Below are positions 1 through 8,235 of a stretch of DNA of 21,890 nucleotides, one piece after another. Where the stretch lies: the IMG/VR virus record IMGVR_UViG_2531839180_000003, positions 1 to 21,890 of that record; one strand, written 5' to 3'. The stretch's first letter is position 1; the number at the start of each line of letters is the position of its first letter. Position numbers and translations under genes: made by a program. Under the pieces are notes generated by a model. The model was not told the origin of the DNA. It saw nothing but the letters and a program-made list of their open reading frames with translations, and searched no databases. Source of the DNA: a virus (taxonomy: Duplodnaviria; Heunggongvirae; Uroviricota; Caudoviricetes).

Positions 1-57
1 TGTGTTGTCCTGCATAGCAATGCGCCGTAATACCTTACACCACGGCGCTGATGGTGA

Positions 58-363
58 TTACTCTGGTTCTTTGGTCTTGCGACGCTGGAGTTCTTCGCGT
101 GCAACGGTGACAAGCTGCCCGATTTCTTCCGCTGCTTTGATGCCGATTTGTTCGACCTTAGCCAGGGCATCCAGTGACGACACAAGGGGATTTTCTCCGC
201 TGCCTTCTGCTTGGCGGCGGGCTATTTCTCCGCGCATGGCGGTTACGATAAATCCGGCATTGCTTTCGCCGTCCAGCTTAACGGATTCCATCCCTTGCAT
301 AACATCTAGTGGGACTCTGACAGTTGTCAGTTGTGATTTTGCGTTTTTGTTAGCCGTTGCCAT
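58..363 (-). CDS. putative ribbon-helix-helix (Arc/CopG-like) transcriptional regulator
   Basis: 101-aa ORF. AGGAG Shine-Dalgarno (revcomp of 372-376) lies 8 nt upstream of the ATG. N-terminal strand-helix pattern LTTVRVPLDVMQGMESV resembles RHH folds. Sits back-to-back with the promoter/operator at 425-462. Family assignment is by eye only. Confidence 0.5.
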   Translation of the reverse strand: MATANKNAKSQLTTVRVPLDVMQGMESVKLDGESNAGFIVTAMRGEIARRQAEGSGENPLVSSLDALAKVEQIGIKAAEEIGQLVTVAREELQRRKTKEPE

Positions 364-424
364 TTCTGAAACTCCTAATCATCGGTGTGTTTCAGTATAC
401 ACAAAAAAAGAAATACAAAAAGCC

Positions 425-462
425 TTGACGTGTGTTTCATGCGCTCATAACATGAAACACAC
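425..462 (+). promoter_or_regulatory. sigma70-like promoter overlapped by a 12-bp perfect inverted repeat (operator candidate)
   Basis: -35 TTGACG at 425-430, 17-nt spacer, -10 TAACAT at 448-453. Inverted repeat GTGTGTTTCATG (430-441) / CATGAAACACAC (451-462) with a 9-bp spacer straddles the -10. Confidence 0.5.
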
Positions 463-560
463 CGAAAGGATTGTTGAAATACAAAGAGCAACGCCCCGCA
501 GTGCCGGAAACACATACGGGGCGTCTAACCACCAACGATAACGAGAGTATCGAGGCAGCT

Positions 561-764
561 ATGAGAAATCATACCATACACCCGCGAGGGCGGGATTCGC
601 ACAACCTGAATAAATTCACCTGGCGTTTTATCGCCCTGAGCGCCGCAAAACCGCGTGTGATTACCATCGTGGCCACCAGTGAACAGGAAGCCCGCCAGCA
701 ATCCCCGGCTGGCTGCGTGATGGTGTTCACCGCCCGTATCCGCAAGGAGGTGCGCCATGCCTGA
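561..764 (+). CDS. hypothetical small protein, first gene of rightward operon; start uncertain
   Basis: In-frame part of track ORF 471..764. ATG at 561 is preceded by GAGG. Stop overlaps the start region of the next gene. No recognisable motif. Confidence 0.3.
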   Translation: MRNHTIHPRGRDSHNLNKFTWRFIALSAAKPRVITIVATSEQEARQQSPAGCVMVFTARIRKEVRHA

Positions 765-1077
765 TATGTCAAATTACCAGTACCTGATTAATCCGCATTT
801 TAACTGTGAGCATGATATTGCTAAAAAGGTTTATTCCGCTGCGGATGGGGCTACTGACAATATATCAATGGCTGTTGCGTCAATTGGTAGCCTGATGTGG
901 CATGCGTCAGAAAATGAGGAATATGACGCAAAGGCCATGCGCATTGATATGGGTAATATCGGTTTGTTACTGGCAATGCTTGGACATTTTGATATTTCGT
1001 TACGGTGCACCATTGAAAATGCCACAGATGCATTAAATGCCATAAAGAAAGCGAATACTGATTCAAATCGGGGATAA
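757..1077 (+). CDS. hypothetical protein
   Basis: 106-aa ORF with a strong GGAGG Shine-Dalgarno at 742-746. Same strand and tight spacing with downstream genes. Confidence 0.55.
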   Translation: MPDMSNYQYLINPHFNCEHDIAKKVYSAADGATDNISMAVASIGSLMWHASENEEYDAKAMRIDMGNIGLLLAMLGHFDISLRCTIENATDALNAIKKANTDSNRG

Positions 1078-1083
1078 ATAATC

Positions 1084-1383
1084 ATGAGAACGTATTTATC
1101 TGGCTTGACTGCCAGCGGTTATGCACATCCCAAAATTATCCCCGGCGCTATTTATCGGGATAAGAACGGCAACAGAGTAACAGTAAAATCGATAATGTTT
1201 GACCGTGTGTACTTTATTCGTGATGGCTATTCATTTCATAGCTCGCTGAACGTGGAGATCTTTATTTGCAGATTCCGGCGGGAAATCCCGCCTTCCAGAA
1301 ATAACCATGTGTCACGTGTGGATGTGGATAAAAAACTACAGGAACTGAAAAACATGATTGCCGCGTGGAGAGAGCAGAAATGA
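1084..1383 (+). CDS. hypothetical protein
   Basis: 99-aa ORF with GGGGA upstream of the ATG. Its 3' end overlaps the start of the helicase gene, suggesting translational coupling. Confidence 0.5.
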   Translation: MRTYLSGLTASGYAHPKIIPGAIYRDKNGNRVTVKSIMFDRVYFIRDGYSFHSSLNVEIFICRFRREIPPSRNNHVSRVDVDKKLQELKNMIAAWREQK

Positions 1384-3197
1384 AAAAAGCGCCAAATTTA
1401 AAACACCAACCGCGTGACAAAATGACGGAAGTCATCATTTTTGCGGGTAGTGATGCGTGGGCACATGCGAAGCAGTGGCAGGAACAGGACGGGCGACTGG
1501 CTGGCGATAACGTGCCACCTGTCTGGCTTGGAGAGCAACAACTTGCCGAACTGGACAACCTGCAAATCGTACCAGACGGACGCTATCGCGTGCGTCTCTA
1601 TCAGGCGGGGTTATTGCGTCCGGGACTTGTTAATACCATCGGGCAGAAACTGGCAGCGGCAGGTGTCAGGGATGCTGATTATTACCCTGAAGGAATGCAC
1701 AGCCAGAAACGGGAGAACTGGCGCGAATATCTGGAGCGTGAGCGGGGAGAGCTGGCGGAAAAGAAAAAGGTAGTTGAACTGCCTGTAAAGAAAAAAGAGC
1801 GGGTAAAAGACGATAACGCTTCATCACTGGCGCTTAACCAGATGGGAGCAAGTCAACGCGGCGAAGTTCTCCTGGCACATTATGGTGGTGAACTGGCGAT
1901 TCATGCTGACTCTGACACTGTTCACCATTACAACGGCGTTGTATGGGAGCCGGTTCAGGATAAAGAGTTACAGCGTGCTATGGCGCAGATTTTCATTGAT
2001 GCGGAGATCAGCTATTCACAGAACGCTATTAAATCAGCGGTCGATACCATGAAGTTAAGTTTGCCTGTAATGGGGAATACAGCCCGTAACTTGATTGGAT
2101 TCAGTAACGGGGTATTTGATACCAGAACAGGTAATTTTCGGGAGCATAACAAAAACGACTGGTTGTTAATTGCCAGTGAATTACCGTTCAGCCCACCAGC
2201 AGAGGGGGAAACGCTGGCAACACATGCGCCGAATTTCTGGAAGTGGTTGCACCGTTCGGTGGCTGAGAATGATCGCAAAGCGGATCGTGTACTGGCGGCA
2301 TTATTCATGGTGCTGGCGAACAGATATGACTGGCAGTTATTCATTGAGGTAACTGGTCCTGGTGGAAGCGGTAAAAGCGTAATGGCGGAGATTTGCACCA
2401 TGCTGGCGGGTAAGGCTAATACAGTATCAGCAAGCATGAAGGCGCTGGAAGATGCAAGGGAACGTGCGTTAGTGGTTGGCTTTTCTCTGATTATCATGCC
2501 GGATATGACCCGCTACGCTGGTGATGGGGCAGGGATTAAGGCCATTACAGGCGGTGACAAGGTGGCAATTGACCCGAAACACAAAGCTCCCTACTCAACG
2601 CGTATTCCGGCAGTAGTGCTGGCGGTTAACAATAACGCCATGTCATTCAGTGACCGCAGCGGGGGGATCTCACGTCGTCGGGTGATATTCAATTTTTCGG
2701 AAGTTGTACCGGAGAACGAACGTGATTCGATGCTGGCGGAAAAAATAGAAGGTGAGCTGGCGGTAGTGATTCGCCATCTGCTTACACGGTTTGCTAACCA
2801 GGACGAAGCCAGACGCCTGTTATATGAGCAGCAGAAATCTGAAGAAGCACTGGCGATAAAGCGAGAGGGGGATTCGCTGGTGGACTTCTGCGGCTATCTC
2901 ATGGCGTCGGTAATGTGTGATGGCCTGTTAGTGGGTAATGCTGAAATTGTGCCATTCAGCCCGCGCAGATATCTCTATCATGCCTATCTGGCTTATATGA
3001 GGGCACATGGGTTTGGTAAACCTGTAACACTGACGCGCTTCGGTAAAGATATGCCGGGGGCAATGGCGGAATATGGCAGGGAGTATATGAAACGGAAAAC
3101 GAAGCACGGTTTGCGTTCAAACGTGACACTGACGGAGGAATCAGAAGACTGGATGCCATCATGTGTATCGGTCACTAATGACGATAGCAAAAATTAA
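1380..3197 (+). CDS. P4 alpha-family replication protein (D5/SF3-type helicase domain with Walker A GPGGSGKS)
   Basis: 605 aa from the ATG at 1380 (GGAGAGAG upstream; track ORF begins at 1365). Walker A TGPGGSGKS and Walker B-like LIIMPDM are followed by the motif layout typical of the phage/plasmid primase P4-family C-terminal region. An N-terminal primase active site cannot be confirmed by eye. The TGTTCACC iteron origin lies immediately downstream. Confidence 0.85.
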   Translation: MKKAPNLKHQPRDKMTEVIIFAGSDAWAHAKQWQEQDGRLAGDNVPPVWLGEQQLAELDNLQIVPDGRYRVRLYQAGLLRPGLVNTIGQKLAAAGVRDADYYPEGMHSQKRENWREYLERERGELAEKKKVVELPVKKKERVKDDNASSLALNQMGASQRGEVLLAHYGGELAIHADSDTVHHYNGVVWEPVQDKELQRAMAQIFIDAEISYSQNAIKSAVDTMKLSLPVMGNTARNLIGFSNGVFDTRTGNFREHNKNDWLLIASELPFSPPAEGETLATHAPNFWKWLHRSVAENDRKADRVLAALFMVLANRYDWQLFIEVTGPGGSGKSVMAEICTMLAGKANTVSASMKALEDARERALVVGFSLIIMPDMTRYAGDGAGIKAITGGDKVAIDPKHKAPYSTRIPAVVLAVNNNAMSFSDRSGGISRRRVIFNFSEVVPENERDSMLAEKIEGELAVVIRHLLTRFANQDEARRLLYEQQKSEEALAIKREGDSLVDFCGYLMASVMCDGLLVGNAEIVPFSPRRYLYHAYLAYMRAHGFGKPVTLTRFGKDMPGAMAEYGREYMKRKTKHGLRSNVTLTEESEDWMPSCVSVTNDDSKN

Positions 3198-3211
3198 ACT
3201 TATGGAATAAC

Positions 3212-3432
3212 TGTTCACCACTGTTCACCCTGTCATAAATATCTTTTATATCAGTATATTATAGGGTGAACAGTTATTTATGAACTGTTCACCAAACTAT
3301 TCACTGTTCACCTTTTTGATTGTTTATTGAGCTTCAAGGGTGAACAGTGGTGAACAGTTGGTGAATAGTTTTTGTGAAACTGTTCACCCCTTAACCTTAT
3401 GAATTAAAAGATAAAATATCAAAAGGTGAACA
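3212..3432. repeat. origin of replication: cluster of TGTTCACC iterons
   Basis: Exact TGTTCACC at 3212-3219, 3222-3229, 3286-3293, 3305-3312, 3381-3388. Exact reverse GGTGAACA at 3265-3272, 3339-3346, 3349-3356, 3425-3432. Degenerate copies at 3297-3304, 3360-3367, 3433-3440. An AT-rich spacer at 3232-3263 separates iteron groups. This octamer is the known binding site of P4 alpha in ori and crr. Confidence 0.8.
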
Positions 3433-3518
3433 GGTGAAGGGTTAAAACGCAAAAATTTTAATTTACTGCTGTGAGATAAAGACTATGACAGTAAAGCACA
3501 CAAAAATACGCGCTTGAT

Positions 3519-3719
3519 TTGACGGAACACTGGTTAAGGGTGTCGATAAAAATCATCGACCGCAACGCCGGGGAAGGATATGCGAAAGCACATCCCGAAC
3601 TGATTAGCGCATTCATGACAACGGCAGCTGCAAACTTTGCCACGCTGACAGAACGGGAGATTGCCGAAGCGGAACAGGTGACAACCATCAACGTTAAAAC
3701 CGGAGAGCAGACAGCATGA
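3519..3719 (+). CDS. hypothetical small protein (non-ATG start, uncertain)
   Basis: 66-aa ORF starting at TTG. Its stop overlaps the ssb start as ATGA, suggesting coupling. No clear Shine-Dalgarno. Confidence 0.35.
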   Translation: MTEHWLRVSIKIIDRNAGEGYAKAHPELISAFMTTAAANFATLTEREIAEAEQVTTINVKTGEQTA

Positions 3720-4141
3720 CAGCACAGATAGCGGCTTACGGGCGGCTGGTGGCTGACCCGCAGTTAAAGACCACCAGCAAGGGTACACAAATGACGATGG
3801 CTAGTATGGCGGTCCCCCTTCCGTGCAGCCAGGCAGATGACGGAACGGCGATGATGTGGTTATCCGTCCTGGCGTTTGGCAGACAGGCCGACGCACTGGC
3901 AAAACACCACAAAGGCGAACTGGTGAGCGTGGCGGGTAACATGCAGGTAAGCCAGTGGACAGGCCAGAACGGCGAAACGCGGCAGGGCTGGCAGGTTATC
4001 GCAGACAGCGTGATCAGTGCGCGAACAGCGCGTCCGGGCGGCAAAAAAGGCCAGCAGGGGCAGGCCACTGACGCACTGAACAGGGCAAAACAGCAGACGG
4101 GTCAGCACGATGATCCGTACGGGGACAACATACCGTTTTAG
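3716..4141 (+). CDS. ssb: single-stranded DNA-binding protein (SSB)
   Basis: 141 aa. OB-fold-like N-terminus (IAAYGRLVADPQL...), Gly/Gln-rich linker and C-terminal ...DDPYGDNIPF resembling the canonical SSB acidic tip DDDIPF. GGAGAG Shine-Dalgarno upstream. Confidence 0.8.
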   Translation: MTAQIAAYGRLVADPQLKTTSKGTQMTMASMAVPLPCSQADDGTAMMWLSVLAFGRQADALAKHHKGELVSVAGNMQVSQWTGQNGETRQGWQVIADSVISARTARPGGKKGQQGQATDALNRAKQQTGQHDDPYGDNIPF

Positions 4142-4163
4142 CGACAACAGAGGGGACATTCCA

Positions 4164-4406
4164 GTGACATTTGAAGAAGTCCAGCAACATAAAAAGTTTC
4201 ATGATTTTGATGATCTGGAAACCATGACAGCAAAAAAATATCGCCGTCTGCTTTCTTCCGATGCGTTGTTTGTTGTGGATCATCATGATTTTCTGCGTAG
4301 CTCACTGACCGGGGAAATTTTCGCAACCAACCGTGAGCAGGTGGAAGCGATGATCGAATATCTGTGGAAAATAAGGCGCAGAATGCGAGATCCCGTGAAA
4401 CGGTAA
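4164..4406 (+). CDS. hypothetical protein (start ambiguous between ATG 4110 and GTG 4164)
   Basis: Track ORF 4110..4406. The ATG at 4110 overlaps ssb by 32 nt. The in-frame GTG at 4164 is preceded by GAGGGGA. Followed by the terminator at 4415-4443. Confidence 0.4.
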   Translation: MTFEEVQQHKKFHDFDDLETMTAKKYRRLLSSDALFVVDHHDFLRSSLTGEIFATNREQVEAMIEYLWKIRRRMRDPVKR

Positions 4407-4414
4407 AATAATAA

Positions 4415-4443
4415 AGGCCTGGTAAAATCCAGGCCATTTTTTT
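4415..4443. terminator. bidirectional rho-independent terminator between convergent genes
   Basis: Stem AGGCCTGG (4415-4422) / CCAGGCCA (4429-4436), loop TAAAAT, then a T-run to 4443. The upstream A-run gives a U-tract on the opposite strand. Confidence 0.7.
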
Positions 4444-4948
4444 ACAGTAAGCCTATTAGGGCACTTGCGCCAGCCCCAACAATGCTGGCAACGGTACTGT
4501 TTTCCAGTAACTGCTTTAATACTGATTTGGCTTGTACATCCCCCGATTTAGCGACTTTTTCAACCAGTTCAGTGATGCTGATGTTTACCAGCATATGGTT
4601 ATGCTCACCTATCTGCACTTGATCACCACTAATTGAACCAATGTTAAATGTATTACTTTTAGTTGGCGTCATATGTTCATTTCCCGTGATATTTTCAATA
4701 TAGAGAGTCAACATATTTGGATGATTGGTTCCCTGTCTGCGGGTTCCATTGGGAAGCAACTTCATATCTATAATTTTTAGATTTATCTCGTTTTTACCGA
4801 CACGCTGGATAATGTGTTGACCAATAGTTACTTCCGGTTCATTTGTATATGGAATTAATACCTTGTTTTCTTTTGCGTTTCTTTTACCTCTGAATGATTC
4901 GCCATTAATTATGAAAGTATCAGGATATACCATTGCGCTTAAATTCAT
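4442..4948 (-). CDS. hypothetical AT-rich protein with short hydrophobic C-terminal tail (accessory gene candidate)
   Basis: 168-aa ORF and the only minus-strand gene inside the 363-11547 plus-strand block. AAAGGA Shine-Dalgarno upstream. Possible -10 TATTAT / -35 TTTACA on the minus strand at 4980-5010. C-terminus STVASIVGAGASALIGLL. No recognisable family. Confidence 0.65.
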   Translation of the reverse strand: MNLSAMVYPDTFIINGESFRGKRNAKENKVLIPYTNEPEVTIGQHIIQRVGKNEINLKIIDMKLLPNGTRRQGTNHPNMLTLYIENITGNEHMTPTKSNTFNIGSISGDQVQIGEHNHMLVNISITELVEKVAKSGDVQAKSVLKQLLENSTVASIVGAGASALIGLL

Positions 4949-5234
4949 GATGCGTCCTTTGTTGTAGTCAGAGACAGCAATAATAGGCCATGGTTTACTT
5001 CTTTTGTAAATTATTTGTTCGTGTTCTTTCGTGGTTGTTCGGTCTGACTGACAGGTGTTTACATACTGATTTTTATGTATATGTTGGAGCGTGGCACTCA
5101 GACGTGAGCCGCCACAATGCCGCCTGACCCCCTGCGCGATGCCGGGTTGATCTGCGAGATGCCGAGAGTGTCGGGCGGCGCTCCCCCCGTGTTGGTTTCA
5201 CGTCCTGAATCTTAACCAATACGAGAAAACCTTC

Positions 5235-6404
5235 ATGAAGAAATTAATCGAACTCCGCCAGCAAAAAAACGCCCTGAAAAACCAGATGCGATCCCTGCTG
5301 GAAAAAGCCGACAGTGAAAACCGTAGTCTGAACGCTGAAGAAGGCAAACAGTTTGATGAACTGCGTGCAAAAGCTGATGCCCTCGACACAGAAATTTCCC
5401 GCCTCGAGTCTGTGGCTGATGAAGAACGCAGCAAGCCAGGAACGGGCATCCAGAAATTATCATCTGATGAATTGCGTAACTACATCGTAACCGGAGATGT
5501 GCGATCACTGTCCACCAGCACTGACAGCGGCAGGGATGGCGGATATACCGTAATTCCTGAGCTTGATCGCGAAGTCATGCGCCAGCTACAGGATGACAGT
5601 GTTATGCGCGTGATCGCGACCGTGAAGACCGCAAAATCAAATGAGTTTCAGAAACTGGTTTCCACTGGCGGCGCAACTGTAGGACGAGGCACAGAAGGCA
5701 GCGCACGCAGTGAAACCAACACCCCGAAAATTGAACGCGTAACCATCAAGTTGAATCCGATCTACGCCTACCCGAAAACCACGCAGGAAATCCTGGATTT
5801 TTCAGAGGTGGATATTCTGGGCTGGTTATCCTCCGAAATTGCCGACACGTTCGCCAGCACCGAAGAGGATGATTTTGTTAATGGCGACGGTAACGGCAAG
5901 CCGAAAGGCTTCATGGCTTACACCCGTGCGGCGACCAGTGACAAAACCCGCGCTTTTGGCACCATTGAAAAAATAGTAGCGGCAAGTGGAACCGCCATTA
6001 CAGCGGACGAACTGATCGACATTCTCTACAAGCTGAAAGCGAAATACCGCAAAAATGCCGTCTGGGTGATGAACTCGGGCACGGCAGGGACACTACAGAA
6101 GCTGAAAAATGAGAACGGCGATTATATCTGGCGCGACAGCCTTAAAGAAGGTGCGCCGGATATGTTGCTTGGTCGTCCTGTTTACTGCCTGGAGTCCATG
6201 CCGGACATCGGCGCAGGAAAAGCACCGCTAGCGGTTGGCGATTTCAGTCGTGGTTATTTCATCGTTGATCATGTAACAGGGATTCGCACCCGACCGGACA
6301 ACATTACTGAACCCGGATTCTACAAGGTCCACACGGATAAATATCTGGGCGGTGGTGTGGTGGATTCAAACGCCATCAAAATTCTGGAAATGAAAGCTGG
6401 CTAG
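5235..6404 (+). CDS. HK97-family major capsid protein with N-terminal coiled-coil delta domain
   Basis: 389 aa. Coiled-coil N-terminus (LRQQKNALKNQMRSLLEKA...), then capsid body with the NGDGNGKPKG motif matching HK97 gp5 NGDGTG and a conserved C-terminal region. Confidence 0.9.
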   Translation: MKKLIELRQQKNALKNQMRSLLEKADSENRSLNAEEGKQFDELRAKADALDTEISRLESVADEERSKPGTGIQKLSSDELRNYIVTGDVRSLSTSTDSGRDGGYTVIPELDREVMRQLQDDSVMRVIATVKTAKSNEFQKLVSTGGATVGRGTEGSARSETNTPKIERVTIKLNPIYAYPKTTQEILDFSEVDILGWLSSEIADTFASTEEDDFVNGDGNGKPKGFMAYTRAATSDKTRAFGTIEKIVAASGTAITADELIDILYKLKAKYRKNAVWVMNSGTAGTLQKLKNENGDYIWRDSLKEGAPDMLLGRPVYCLESMPDIGAGKAPLAVGDFSRGYFIVDHVTGIRTRPDNITEPGFYKVHTDKYLGGGVVDSNAIKILEMKAG

Positions 6405-6416
6405 TCATGAGTAAGG

Positions 6417-6438
6417 AGGAGGCTGCGGCCTCCTTTTT
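6417..6438 (+). terminator. intrinsic terminator or attenuator immediately after the major capsid gene
   Basis: Stem AGGAGGC (6417-6423) / GCCTCCT (6428-6434), loop TGCG, then TTTT (6435-6438), 13 nt after the capsid stop codon. Confidence 0.55.
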
Positions 6439-6458
6439 CAGCTTTATGGAGTACACCG

Positions 6459-7019
6459 ATGAAAAACACCGATTTTGAAATCCGCACATCTGAACTGACC
6501 GCCAGCAATAAAAAGCTGGTGGGGTATGCCGTTCGCTGGAACAGCCTTTCAGAAATTATCTGGGACGAATTCCGCGAACAGTTCACGCCGGGGGCTTTTG
6601 CTGACTATCTGGCGACGGGTAATGATGTGCGCTGCCTGTATGAGCATGACTATACCCAACTGCTGGGGCGCACCAAATCCGGCACTCTGGTACTGACTGA
6701 GGATAACACCGGGTTACGTTTTGAACTGACACCGCCGGATACCCAGCTTGGAAAAGATGTGCTTACGCTGGTGGAGCGTGGCGACATTACAGGAATGAGC
6801 TTTGGTTTTCGCGCATTATGCGAGGAGTGGAGTATCGCGCAAAAACCGTATCTGCGTACCGTAACCGCCGCTGAACTCCGTGAAATCACAATAACGTCGA
6901 TGCCTGCTTATCCAGAATCTGGCGTGGAGATTGCCCACCGTTCGTTGTTTGCACAGCACCCTGAATTACGTCCGACAGGAAATAATCGTCATCGCTGGTC
7001 TGAGCTGGCGGGGTTGTGA
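6459..7019 (+). CDS. HK97-family prohead protease
   Basis: 186 aa with GGAG Shine-Dalgarno. Motifs such as GMSFGF and the overall pattern fit the prohead serine protease (S78) family. Position is adjacent to capsid and portal. Confidence 0.8.
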   Translation: MKNTDFEIRTSELTASNKKLVGYAVRWNSLSEIIWDEFREQFTPGAFADYLATGNDVRCLYEHDYTQLLGRTKSGTLVLTEDNTGLRFELTPPDTQLGKDVLTLVERGDITGMSFGFRALCEEWSIAQKPYLRTVTAAELREITITSMPAYPESGVEIAHRSLFAQHPELRPTGNNRHRWSELAGL

Positions 7020-7020
7020 T

Positions 7021-8235
7021 ATGTGGTGGCCTTTTAGTCGTAAAAAAAGCGAGCAGCGTAACCTGTCCATTGATGATTTTCTGGCGCTGTCCGGCGTACC
7101 GAATACCGGATCCGGAGAATATGTTTCTGCTGGGACGGCTGAATCATTGCCTGCAGTGATGAATGCGGTTTCTGTCATCGCTGAGGCGGTGGCCACGATG
7201 CCGTGTTATCTGTATCTGGTACGTAATGACAAGGGCAGGGAGGCGCGGGAATGGCTGGACAGTCACCCGGTAGATATTCTGCTGAATGAGCAGCCTAATT
7301 CGTGCCAGACACCTTACCAGTTTAAACGCACAATGATGCGTCACTGCCTGCTGAACGGTAACGCCTATGCGGTTATTGAGTGGGGGCAGGACGGGCAGCC
7401 AAAATCACTTCATCCTTATGCGCCGAGGTGTGTTGTACCGGAACGCACAGGCGCACACAAATACCGCTATACCATCACCGAACCCTGTACAGGAACGGTG
7501 CGCACGTATTTACAGGAAGAAGTTTTGCATCTCCGCTATGCCTCGGATGATGGCTTTCTGGGGCGTTCCCCCGTCACGATTTGCCGTGAGGCGCTGGGGC
7601 TTGGCCTTGCTCAACAGCGTCACGGAGCCAGCATTATGAAAGATGGCATGATGGCGGCAGGGATTATCACGTCAGGCGAATGGCTGGACGGCGTGAAAGG
7701 TAAACAGGCATTGGATGCTCTGGAACGCTACAAGGGGGCGAAAAATGCCGGAAAAACGCCAATCCTTGAAGGGGGCATGGATTACAGGCAACTGGGAATG
7801 AGTAACCAGGATGCGGAATGGCTGGCCTCCCGTCGCTTCTCCATTGAAGACATCGCCCGCATGTTCAACGTATCGCCTATTTTTCTGCAGGAATACAGCA
7901 ACAGCACCTACAGCAATTTCAGCGAGGCAAGCCGCGCGTTTCTGACCATGACAATGCGCCCGTGGCTGGCGAACTTCGAACAGCAAATCAAGGCCGCTTT
8001 GCTGGTGGCTTCTCCCGTACCTGGTACCCGTTATCTGGTTGAGTTTGATTCAGCCGATTTATTACGCGCCACACCCACCGAACGTTATGCCACGTATGAG
8101 AAAGGGATTAAGAACGGGATCATGAATCCGAACGAAGCCCGTGAGCGTGAGGGTATGCCGCCGCGTGAAGGTGGTGATGAGTTCAGCCAGGCATGGAAAC
8201 AGACTGTGGAAATTAAAGGGAGAAAAGATGAGTGA
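7021..8235 (+). CDS. HK97-family portal protein
   Basis: 404 aa from the ATG at 7021, directly after the protease stop (track ORF extends to 6931). Portal-like C-terminal region ...NPNEAREREGMPP. Confidence 0.85.
   Translation: MWWPFSRKKSEQRNLSIDDFLALSGVPNTGSGEYVSAGTAESLPAVMNAVSVIAEAVATMPCYLYLVRNDKGREAREWLDSHPVDILLNEQPNSCQTPYQFKRTMMRHCLLNGNAYAVIEWGQDGQPKSLHPYAPRCVVPERTGAHKYRYTITEPCTGTVRTYLQEEVLHLRYASDDGFLGRSPVTICREALGLGLAQQRHGASIMKDGMMAAGIITSGEWLDGVKGKQALDALERYKGAKNAGKTPILEGGMDYRQLGMSNQDAEWLASRRFSIEDIARMFNVSPIFLQEYSNSTYSNFSEASRAFLTMTMRPWLANFEQQIKAALLVASPVPGTRYLVEFDSADLLRATPTERYATYEKGIKNGIMNPNEAREREGMPPREGGDEFSQAWKQTVEIKGRKDE

Noticed and set aside
2-541. 179-aa plus-strand ORF at the window start
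   Set aside because: Antisense to the better-supported 58..363 gene. Ser/Arg/Thr-rich low-complexity translation and no ribosome-binding site.
525-772. Two overlapping minus-strand ORFs (525..758 and 569..772)
   Set aside because: They overlap each other and the plus-strand operon, have no ribosome-binding site, and have Gly/His/Arg-rich composition.
724-1926. Isolated TGTTCACC copies at 724-731 and 1919-1926
   Set aside because: Single copies inside coding sequence are about what chance predicts. Only the 3212-3432 cluster is treated as iterons.
1441-2497. Alternate-frame and antisense ORFs inside the helicase gene (1441..1773 +, 2012..2497 -, 2170..2352 +)
   Set aside because: Embedded in a gene with strong motif support. 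Typical shadow ORFs.
6931-7020. N-terminal extension of the portal ORF
   Set aside because: It overlaps the protease gene by 90 nt. The ATG at 7021 immediately follows the protease stop.
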